From positions 117,988,852 through 118,052,851 of the forward strand of contig NC_133620.1 of NCBI RefSeq assembly GCF_048593235.1: DNA of 64,000 nt. Direction: 5' to 3'. The position numbers and the translations under genes were made by a program. The notes beneath the pieces were generated by a model. That model was not told the DNA's origin. It searched no databases and saw only the letters and a program-made list of their open reading frames with translations. Numbering within the stretch: the stretch's first letter is position 1; each line of letters opens with the position of its first letter. This document shows positions 10,388-22,300 of the stretch, piece after piece. This DNA is from Sminthopsis crassicaudata (Eukaryota).

Positions 10388-13300
10388 CTACTGTGGTGGC
10401 TTTTCATACTTCAGTGTCTCATAAGTCTCCTGGCTCCTGGTACTCAGGCCCTGGGACAGTGAGTTAGGGATTCATCAGGGGACCAAGACCATCATTCCAA
10501 TCTAAAGTAAGCTTCCCATTCCCCAATTCTCTTGCCTCCAAAATGACCATAGCCCTCCCAACAGCCATCCAGTCAGCTACCTTTAACCACACTCTTTTCC
10601 AACTCTTACTTTTTCTTGATCATTTTCAAGATTCTCAATTTCTTAAAGGAACTGAACCTTTTAACAATCCAGTGGTCCTCAAACTTTTTAAATAGGGGGC
10701 CAGTTCATTGTCCCTCAGACTATTGGAGGGTCCAATTATAGTAAAAACAAAAGCTCACACCCTGCCCCTCAGCCCATTTGCCATAACCTGGTAGGCCCAT
10801 AAATGTCCTCCGTAGGCGCATCTGGCCCACAGGCCGTAGTTTGAGAACCTCTGCAGTTTAACCCATTCCCATGGCAAACCATAATGGCAAGGACCACTAA
10901 GTGTCACTTACTGTGTAGACTTCCTCAGATTTCTGTGAAAACAAAGGATATGGAAAATGAGAAATCCAAAATCCTAGAAATCTCCTTACTTTCTATTTCC
11001 CACCCCTTTATGACTCATGGGTAAATCTGGGATCTTGGTATGGAAGATTTTCCCCCTCCCTAGCGACTGTCAAATCCTTTCACTAAGGTAGTAACCAGGA
11101 CAGGGTGACACAATAGATAACAGGCTGAGTCTGGAGCCAGGAAGATTCATCTTCATGAGTTCAAATATGGTCTCAGATACTTACTAGCTGTGTGACCCTG
11201 AACAAGTCACTTAATTTTGTTTGTCTCAGGTTCTCCATGTGTAAAATGAGCCAAAGAAAGAAATTGACAAGAAAACCCCAAATGGGGTTATGAAGAGTCT
11301 AACATGACTGAAAAAAATATTTAAACCAGGATAGATTCTAAATGCTTCAGCAGAGAGGGATTTTACTTTGTGAATGGGAAATATTCAAAGCTCAGAGCTG
11401 CATCATATTAGCTCTGGGGGGATTAAACATGGGTTTGCTCAGCAAATGCCTAGCACTCAATTGCACACACCCCTGCTCATTTGAGACCTTTGAGGACAAT
11501 AAGCACAACTTCCTTCACCTTATGTTCATTTGCCACATCTGATTTGCTGATCATGAGAATATCAGGAGCTATAGTCACATTGTAATCCCAATACCTATAG
11601 ATAACTTTTTCTCTAACAGGACCTTAAACATCCTTCCCTTTTGAGTTTTCAAACTCTGAAGCTTCCAGCTTCACTGCAGCTAAGAGTTAATAAAGCCAAT
11701 AATAGTTCCCAGGTATTGAGAAGTGAAGGATTGTAGAGTTGGTCCATACCTCAAATCTAGCTGCTGTCTTTCGCACCTGGATCTGAGGGAAGGGAAAAAG
11801 AAAGCCATCAGTGTAGAAAAGCAATGCCCTCTTCCACATAGCCACCTAACCTCCTTCTAGGTAAAACTGATTTCCCTTCCCCTTGCCTCCTACATGATCC
11901 CACCCCTTTCTGTGGCCCCCAGTACCTTGAGGCGGCAGTAGAGTAGGGTGAGGACGATGCCATAGGTGAATAGCACAGCATCCAGAATGTAACAGAGCTG
12001 GGGCTCAGACAGAGCCACTGAAAAGGGAAAGTCAGAAAGTTAGAGAGCTTAGGGGACAGAGGGACAATAGATAGGGTCTTGAGGGGAGGAGCAGAGGGTA
12101 GAGAAAGGAGACTTGCTCCTTCTTTAACAGTGTGCAAGTCTCACTATCATTCTACAGCCCCTGAGGATGGGTTGGGGAATGCGTAGGAGAGCAAGCCTTT
12201 GACTTGATCCAGGAGTCTCTAGTCTTGGCTTTTGTGAAAGACTGCTTCTTCTTGTTTCTTCAATAATTAATCATATTCCTCCCATTAGTAGACCATATGA
12301 GCACTTATATACTATTATCACTACACTATATCTTATTATATTGTTATGCTATATTAGATATACTATGTTATTATATTACACTATATCATTACTATTTATT
12401 ATCTTCATTTCTTTCTTGTGATAGTTGTTGTTCAGTTGTGCCCAATTCTTCATGACCTTTGTACCATAGAACATCAAAATATCCATAAAGTTTTCTCAGC
12501 AAAGATACTGTGGGTTTTGCAATTTTCTTCTCCAGCTCTTTTTACAAACTGAGGAAACAGAATTAAGTCACTTGCCCAGGATCACACAGCTAATAAGTAC
12601 CTGGGGCTGGATTTGAACTCAGGTCTTCCTGACCTCAGATGTAGCACTCTATGCACCATGTAGCTGCCCTTTTCTCTTGATAGTCTCATTTATTCCCTTG
12701 GATTCATTTTATAAACATTTTTCTTAAAATTTTTTTTATATCTTTTCACTACAATTATTTCCCAATATAACAACATCAACAACCATAAAAATTGAGCAAG
12801 ACCAATTAAGCAGAAAGAATGATGGCTTAAATTCAAATTCTAGCTTTGACACAACACTTCTGTGATTTTTGACAAATTACTTAACCTCTCTGAGCTTCAG
12901 CTTCCTCTTCTGTAAAATAAAAGGGTCTTCTAGATCGCAACTTCTTAAACTGTGGCTCATGAACCCATATGGATTCTCATAATTGAAGGTGAAGTTGGCC
13001 AAATTATAATTTATTATTAATAAGTGTTTGATTTGTATGCCTGTTTTATATAATTATATATCTGGCATCACATAAAAATTTCTCGGATAAAAAGAGATTA
13101 TGAATGGAAAAGTTTAAGCTGTGCTCTAGATGACTTCTGGGGTCTATTCCAGCTCTACATCTGTGATTTGGTTCAAGACAGGATGTACAATATCCTATAC
13201 CCTTAGAGGAGAATGTGTTCCATCTGTTCTCCATCCCAAGATTAGTGAACTCTGATTTTAAAAATTAGAGTTCAATATATTTTTGATTGTATATGCTATT

Positions 13301-16300
13301 CTTTTGATTTATTTATATCGTTCTGCATCAGAATACATTTGTCTTTCCCTATCTCTCTGAATTCCTTATGTTCGTGTCTTCCATTATATTTATGGATTAC
13401 CTTTTGCTTAGCTGTCCTCAATTGATTGCTGCTTTCAAATTATATTAATTTATCCCCAATTTATCTGCCAAATTCTAATTTTACATTTCTTTTCATTTTA
13501 ATAGTTTTTATTTTATTTTATTTTTCCAAATATATGCAACATTTCAACATTTACCTTTGCAAAACCATGTGTTCCAAAATTTTCTTCCCTTCCCCTTCCC
13601 CAAGACAGCAAGCAATCTGATATAGGTTAAAATATTTGCTGTAATTTTTTCTAAGACAATGCTGGATATCTCTATATGAATGTTCTTCTAGCACTTTGAA
13701 GTCAACATGTCTAAAACTGAACTTATTGCCTTCTTTCCCCAAATTTGTCCTCACTCCTAACTTACCCATTTCTTTATGATGCCATTATCTAGTGAACCAA
13801 ACAAAATCTGAGTCATCATTAATTCTTCTTTCTCCCTTCTCAGTAGATTCTAAGGTTCTGCGGTTCTAAATCTATGACATATTATAGACATATTTCCTCT
13901 TATATGATCAATCACCAAATGTTATTGACTTTATTTCCATAATATTTCTTTCATAAGTTTAGGTTCACAATGATGCCCATCACTTAACCCTGGTACATTT
14001 CTTGAGTGAAAATACATTTATTAGGTGTGATGAGTAAATTGATTATGTCCTCTTAGGTCCATTTAAAGCCATTTATCCAGTGGAAAATAAAGATTCAACT
14101 GAGAAGCAAGAGAGGAGAAAATGTTCCAATCAAATTCTTGAGAAAGAAAAAGAAAATCTCTACAAATGTAAAGGATTCAATGTTTATTCCACTGAAACAA
14201 TTCTACATGTAGTATATGAGCATATGCTCTAGGGCTTCTTTTCCAAATTTCAATCCACACTGGCAGGGTGAATTCCCCATTAAGGCTTGTTCCACATTTG
14301 TTTCCTCAGGATTATCCCCATAGTAAGGATAGCCTTGTAGCATGAAAGTATCTTTCTAATACCCTCATCAATGCTCCTCCCATTATGTTGTCAGACAATA
14401 ACAATCAATCAGATATACTCAATTAGTTTTCAGAAATATGCATTCAATTATTGTTCTGTAAGAAATGACCAGCAGGATGATTTCAGAAAGGCCTGGAGAG
14501 ACGTACATGAACTGATGCTGAGTGAAATGAGCAGGACCAAATCATTATATACTTCAACAACAATACTATATGATGATCAATTCTGATGGACATGGCTCTC
14601 TTCAACAATGAGATGAACCAAATCAGTTCCAATTGTTAAGTAGTAAAGAGAACCAGCTACATCCAGAGAAAGAATTCTGGGAAATTAGTGTGAACCACTA
14701 CATAGCATTTCCAATCCCTCTGTTTTTGTCCGCCTGAATTTTTTATTTCCTATACAGGTTAATTGTACACTATTTCAAAGTCTGATTCTTCTTGTGCAGC
14801 AAAATAATTATGGATATGTATACATATATTGTATTTAACATATACTTTAACATACTTAACATGTATTGATCTACCTGCCATCTGGGGAAGGAGGTGAGAG
14901 GAAGGAAGGGAAAAAATTGGAGCAAAAGGTTTTGCAATTGTCAATTAAGACAACTCTGAGATACCACTACACACCTGTCAGATTGGCTAAGATAACAGGA
15001 ACAAATAATGATGAATGTTGGAGGGGATATGGGAAAACTGGGACACTAATACATTGTTGGTGGAGTTGTGAAAGAATCCAGCCATTCTGGAGAGCAATTT
15101 GGAACTATGCCCAAAAAGTTATCAAACTGTGCATACCCTTTGATCCAGCATTGCTGCTGTTGGGCTTATATCCCAAAGAAATATTGAGGAGGGGAAAGGG
15201 ACCTGTATGTGCCAAAATGTTTGTGGCATCTCTTTTCGTAGTGACTAGAAACTGGAAGATGAATGGATGTCCATCAATTGGAGAATGGTTGGGTAAATTA
15301 TGGTATATGAATGTTATAGAATATTATTGCTCTGTAAGAAATGATCAGCAGGAGGAATACAGACAGGCTTGGAGACACTTACATCAATTGATGCTGAGTA
15401 AAATGAATAGAACCAGAAGATCGCTGTACACTTCAATGTGGTATGAAAATGTATTCTGATGGAAGTGGATATCTTCAACATAAAGAAGATCCAACTCACT
15501 TCCAGTTGATCAATGATGGACAGAAACAACTACACCCAGAGAAGGAAGACTGGGAAATGAATGTAAATTGTTAGCACTAGTGTCTATCTACCCAGGTTAC
15601 TTATACCTTCGGAATCTAATACTTAATGTGCAACAAGAAAATGGTATTTACACACATATATTGTATCTAGGTTATATTGTAACATATGTAAAATGTATGG
15701 GATTGCCTGTCATCAAGGGGAGGTAGTAGAGGGAGGGAGGGGATAATTTGGAAAAATGAATACAAGGGATAATATTATAAAAAAATTACTCATGCATATA
15801 TACTGTGAAAAAAATTATAAATAAAATAAAAAAAAGGTTTTGCAATTGTCAATGCTGAAAAATTACCCATGCATATATCTTGTAAATAAAAAGCTATAAT
15901 AAAAAAAGAAATATGCATTCACCAAAAGACTATAGATAATATAATGCAATCCCCCCAAAATCTGTGACACATTTTTCCACCAAAACATGCAAAGTCCAAG
16001 AGAAAGTAGGCTCAAGCTGGAGATCCACGTATAACAAGGCAGTCACATAGGTTCTAGAAATTCTGTTGATAGAATAGTCAAGATATTCCCCTTAAATGTG
16101 GGATAGATTTTCTGATGGACTCTTTGTAGAGCCTTGAATCTGCTTTCCACATATCTTCCAGAATGTAAACACTGCCACCAGCTATTTAAAGAACATTCCT
16201 AGGCTGCCAAAGAAAAATTTCAAATCCTTCAGTTTTTTTTAAGTTCCCAAGGTCTTCCTCCAACCAAAAGGGATAGGAGTTTAAGGGAGGAGCCTGAAAC

Positions 16301-19300
16301 CAAGATGCTCTCCTGCTACCAAATGATTCTTTCCCAGGGGTTTGGTTAGAACATCTTCTCCCTGAAGGAAAGCATTTATGTTCTACAGTACGGTATGAAA
16401 TGCAAAATGGGTAATTTTGATTATATTACATTTAAAAGTTTTCATGCAAACAACATCAATGCAGACAAGATTTGAGGGGAAGCAGAAAACTGGGGGGGAA
16501 ATATTTATATCCAAGAGATTTAATAATGGCCTATTTTTTAAATATACAGAGAATTGACTCAAATTTAAAAGAATATAAGCCATTTTCCAATTGATAAATG
16601 GTTGAAGTATATGGACAGATAATTTTCAAATGAAGAAATTAAACCATTTCTAGTCATATGAAAAATGCTCTAAATCACTATTGATCAGCGAAATATAAAT
16701 TAAGACAACTCTGAGGAACCACTACATATCTCTCAGAGTGGCTAAGGTGACAGGAAAAGATGATAGGAAAAATAGGGCACTTATACATTGTTGGTGAAGT
16801 TGTGAACATTCTGGAAAGCAATTTGGAACTCTGACCAAAGGGCTATCAAATTGCATATACCCTTTGATCCAACAGTGTTTCTACTGGGTCTGTATGCCAA
16901 AGAGAGCATAAAAAAGGGAGGAAAGGATCCACATATGCAAAAATGTTTGTAGCAGTCCTTTTTTTCTTTCTTTTTTTTTTTTAAATTAATTAAAGCTTTT
17001 TATTTACAAAACATATGCATGGGTAATTTTTCAACATTGATCCTTGCAAAACTTTTTGTTCCAAATTTTTCCTTCTTTCCCCCTGCTCTCTCCTCTAGAT
17101 GGTAGGTAGTGCAATACATGTTAAATATGTTAAAATATATGTTAAATACAATATATATGTATACATATCCATAGTTATCTTGGTGCACAAGAAAAATCAG
17201 ATCTAGAAAGAAAAAAAAACCTGAGAAGGAAAACAAAATGCAAGCAAACATCAACAGAAAGCATGAAAATGCTATTTTGTGGTCCACACTCAGTTCTTAC
17301 AGGTCTCTCTCTGGGGTATATGGCTTTCTTCATCACTGAACAATTGGAACTGTTTGAATCATTTCATTGTTGAAGAAAGTCACATCCATCAGAATTGATC
17401 ATTGTATAGTCTTGTTGTTGCTGTGTATAATGATCTTCTGGTTCCCGCTCATTTCACTTAGCATCAGTTCATATAAGTCTCTCCAGGACTCTCTGAAATC
17501 ATACTGTTGGTCATTTCTTACAGAACAAAAATATGCCATAACATTCATATATTCAGCCATTCTCCAACTGATGGGCACCTATTCAGTTTCCACTTTCTAA
17601 CCACTACGAAAAGGACTGCCACAAACATTTTTGCATACATGGGTCCCTATCTCTCCTTTAAGATCTCTTTGGGATATAAGCCCAATAGAAACACTGCTGG
17701 ATAAAAGGGTATGCACAGTTTGATAACTTTTTAAACATAGTTTCAAATTGCTTTCCAGAATGGTTGGATCAGTTCACAGTTCCACCAACAATGTATCAGT
17801 GTCCCAGTTTTCCCACATCGCCTCCAACATTCATCATTACCTTTTTCTGTCATCTTAGCCAATCTGACAGGTGTGTAGTGGTATCTCAGAATTGTCTTAA
17901 TTTGCATTTCTCTGATCAATAATGATTTGGAGTACCTAGAAATAGTTTCAATTTCTTCATCTGAAATTGTCTGTTCATATTCTTTTACCATTTATCAATT
18001 GGAGAATCGCTTGAATTCTTATAAACTTGAGTTAATTCTCTATTTATTTTAGAAATGAGGCCTTTATAAGGTCCTTTGGATATAAAAATGTTTTCCCAGT
18101 TTATTGCTTCCCTTCTAATCTTGTCTGCATTGGTTTTGTTTGTACAAAAACTTTTTAACTTAGTATAACCAAAAATTATCTATTTTGGGATCAACAATGA
18201 GTTCTAGTTCCTCCTCCACAGATCCGAAAGGTAAACTATTCTATGTTCTTCTAATTTAAATATATCATCATTCTTTATGACTAGATCATGAATCCATTTC
18301 GACCTTATCTTGGTATACAGTATTAGGTGTGTGTCAGTGCCTAGTTTCTGCCATACTAGTTTCCAATTTTTCCAGCAGTACAGCTAGCCACCTTCATTTG
18401 CTTTTCTCTTCATTGATTCCATTGAAATTCTTGATCTTTTGTTCTTCCAGATTAATTTTGTCATTTTTTCTAGGTCAGTGAAATAATTTCTTGGGAGTTT
18501 GATTGGTATAGCACTAAATAAATAGATTAGTTTAGGGATTATTGTCATCTTTATTATATTTGCTCTTTCCTATTTAAAAGCACTTGATGTTTTTCCAATT
18601 GCTTAGGTCTGACTTTATTTGCATAGAAAGTGTTTTGTAGTTGTGTTCATATAGTTCCTGACTTTCCTTTGGCAGAGTAGATTCTCAAATATTTTATACT
18701 ATTGACATCTTACTTTATTTTTAAGTTAATTTTATAATTATAACTTTTTTGACAGTACATATGCATGGGTAATTTTTTATAACATTATCCCTTGCATTCA
18801 CTTCTGTTCCGAATTTTCCCCTCCTTCCCTCCACCTCCTCCCCTAGACGGCAGGCAGTCTCATACATGTTAAATATGTTATATCGACAATTATTTTAAAT
18901 GGAATTTCTCTTTGTATTTCTTGCTATTGGATTTTGTTAGTGATGTATAAAAATGCTGATGATTTATGTGGATTTATTTTGTATCCTGAAACTTTGCTAA
19001 AGCAGTGAATTATTTCTAATGGTTTTTTAGTACAATCTTTGGGGTTCTCTAAGTATACCATTATATCATCTGCAAAGAGTGATAATTTGGTTTCCTTATT
19101 ACCTACTCTAATTCATTTAATCTCTTTTTCTTCTCTCATTGCCAAAGCTAGCATTTTTAATACAATATTGAATAGTCATGGTGATAGAGGGCAAACTTGT
19201 TTCACCCCTGTTCTTATTGGGAATAGTTCCAGTTTATCGATGCTTGCTGAAATTTTTAAATAGATGTCTAGCAGCCCTTTTTGTAGTGGCAAGGAACTGG

Positions 19301-22300
19301 AAACTTAGTGGATGGAGAATGGCTGAATAAGTTGTGGTATGAATTTTATGGGATATTATTGTTCTATAAGAAACAATCAGCAGCATAATTTCCAAAAGGC
19401 CTGGAGAGCCTTACATGAACTGATGCTGAATGAAATGAGCATAACCAGGAGATCATTATATTCAGCAACAAGATTATGTGATTACCAGTTCTGATGGATG
19501 TGGTTCAACAATGAGGTGATTCAAACCAGATCCAAAAGACTTGTGGTGGAGAGAGCCATCTGTATCCAGAGAGAGGACATTGGGAACTGAATGTGGATCA
19601 CAAAATAGTATTTTCACTTTTGTTGTTGTTGTTTGCTTGTTTTTTGTTTTCTTTCTCGTTTTTTCCCTCTTTCATCTGATTTTTCTTGTGCAGCATGATA
19701 ATTGTGGAAGCATGTATAGAAGAATTGTATATGTTTAACATGTATTGGATTCCTTGCTGTCTAAGGGAGGAGATAGGGAGAAGGGAGGGAGAAAAATTTG
19801 AAACACAAGGCTTTGCAAGGGTAAATGTTGGAAACTATCTTTGCATGTATTTTAAAAATAAAACTTAAAAAAAAATTAAAAAAAAAAAAAAGAACATCTC
19901 CTTGCTGGCTCATCTAAATACATTGAGTTCTGAGTGAGCTCTTGGTTTTATCTCCCTGCTTCCACCCCAAAACATAACAAAGTTCATTAACCAAGTCAAA
20001 TATCTCCTATCATACCTAGGGAAGTGTTTACACCTAGTAATCAAAATGTGTTCCCTCCTGTTTAGGTTGTGAGCTTTTTTAAACATTCTTACCTCTTTTT
20101 GTATGCCCAGTGCTTAATATAGTGCCACAGTAAGCCCTTAGTTAGTATTAATTACCTGACTGAAATATAACATAGCTAAGTGGGGTGAAAAGATTTGGAC
20201 TCCAGCCTTCTACTTGTATCTGTAAGATATTTCCCTTTCATATGTGGACATTTTTGATTGCTGAAAGGAACAGAACAACATTTGTGCTGGAAAACAGATC
20301 AAATCAGGTTGATAAGAAAGTGGTTTTGAAATTTCTTTTCTAAACAGAAATCTATTTTCTTTTCCTCCTTCCCTCCCTCCCAATGAGAAAATAAAATAAA
20401 AATGAAATCTCTGTAACAAAAGTATAGTCAGAAAAAGGAAATTTGTTCATTGGTCATGTTTCCCATATGTATGTCTATACTCCTCCTTAGTAAAATGTAC
20501 TGAAAGGACCTATTTGAAGGCAGAGAGCTGATTGAGGAAACAAAGACAATTGGGAACCATGGTTCATAAACTCATCCATGCCTTTGTTTTCAGAGTTTTG
20601 AACCATGTAGCTGATAAACTTATAAATTAATTAACTGTTTGGGGATTATAAGAAAATTACATATGGATTGTTAAACAGAAAGATGAAATTTTTTTGAGAT
20701 TCAAGTTAATAACTTAGAAATGGTCTCTGCTTATAAGGAGATCTTTATTTGAGGCATCAGAAGACAAGAGGAGCAGAAGATTGAAGGAACCAGACATAAC
20801 TGGTTGAAGACAGAAGAAAGGGGGAAACTTGACCTCAACAGTCTGGGACAGAAGGCACAGGTGAAAATGAGAGGAGCTGCTTGCAGAAGACAGAATACAG
20901 TCAAGGATTAAAATTGACAGGTTGCAGAAACCATGCTAATTAGTTAAGTAGCATAGTTTGTTTTAGTGAGAGCTAATTGGCTGGAGGAAGGCAAAATTGT
21001 CCAGCGAACAGAGTACAAGCTTCTTAATGGTTTTCCTGTGTTGCCTTTGACTGTTCTTTCTATCTTGAGCAAGAACAAACCCATCTATTTTGCATCTTTT
21101 TTGTTGTGAGAATAAGCATGGTTTTAGTGAGGTCTAATTGGGCAAAACAGAATAACTGCTATTTGAAGAGCTGGCTGGGAAAAGGCTGCTTACTTTTATC
21201 ATTATCTACAATTTGAGAGTGAGGAACTACCCAGGACCCCAGATCTAAAAAGAAGTGTAGCAGTTCTCTATCTTGAGAACTACTTGTTACGGATGGAGTT
21301 TAATTTTCTTAGCACTGTGCCAAGAGTGGCTGTTTGCTAAATGTTCTTCTCATCACATTAGCAACTTGAGAGTAGAAAAGAAATAGCTTTTGCTCAGTAA
21401 GTGACTCATGGTGCAAATTATTCTCTAAAAGACCCTGGACATTAAATCCCAAATTACAGAATTGGAGACATGGCTTTTCCTACTCATATGCCTCTCTCCT
21501 CAATTTCTATAAGCAAATGTTGACTTTCCCTTATATGTGCACATCCCTCCATATGTAAGACTCAAATTCATGTATGAACCATTATAATTTGATAACACCC
21601 GCTCTAATCTCTGTCCCAAATCCCATTAATATAAAACTTTCTCCCTATTGATAGAAATAAAGGCACTTCATTATGTGAGGGATAAGGTGGAATTGTCAAA
21701 AGATAAGAACTTCAGTTCTCAGGAAGTACCCCTTTTGGATTCTCCAAGAAAGAGTCCCCATTGAATCCACCTTCCGAATTTTTCAAGGGAAAGTTTTCCC
21801 TTTAGGGACTTATCAAGGGAATCATCAAGCTTCAATTCTTTTTCTAGCACTGAGTTACTTCATGTATTTCTGAAGCCTTACAGTTTAGAGGGAAAAGATA
21901 GAAGATCTCAATTCCACTTCAGATTGCTGAAAGAAAAGATTCTGAGAAGACATGAGAAGAGATAAAAGTTTTCATCATTCCCTATTTCCAGATTCTAGAA
22001 ACTTTGGGGAGCTTTTCTTTGGGCGAAATCCAGGTTGGTTGAGATGAGTCAAGTTGATTCTAATAGGAGAGATCTTTTACTCTATGTCATCTGATATATT
22101 TTCCTAAGTATTCCCTCCCTGATTTCTATTCTGCTAAGATGTGTATAAATGCATTTCTTTGCCATTTGTTCATTGTTCAATGGGGAACTAGTATTTGGTG
22201 GAAAAGGGGGTCTAGTCTTGAATAGAGAGCTTGGGTTTCTCTTCCCTACAAAATGACGAAGCAATCAAAAGTCAGCTTAAACTTGACCATATTCCCCTAG

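Noticed and set aside
11515-11550. Minus-strand AAATCAGATGTG (KSDV) resembling human FCER1G exon 4
   Set aside because: No in-frame AG acceptor. The true 21-nt exon (KSEEVYT) with good splice sites is at 10932-10912.
14866-15459. 197-aa ORF as a possible host gene
   Set aside because: It is the C-terminus of L1 ORF2 fused by chance to upstream L1 3' UTR sequence.
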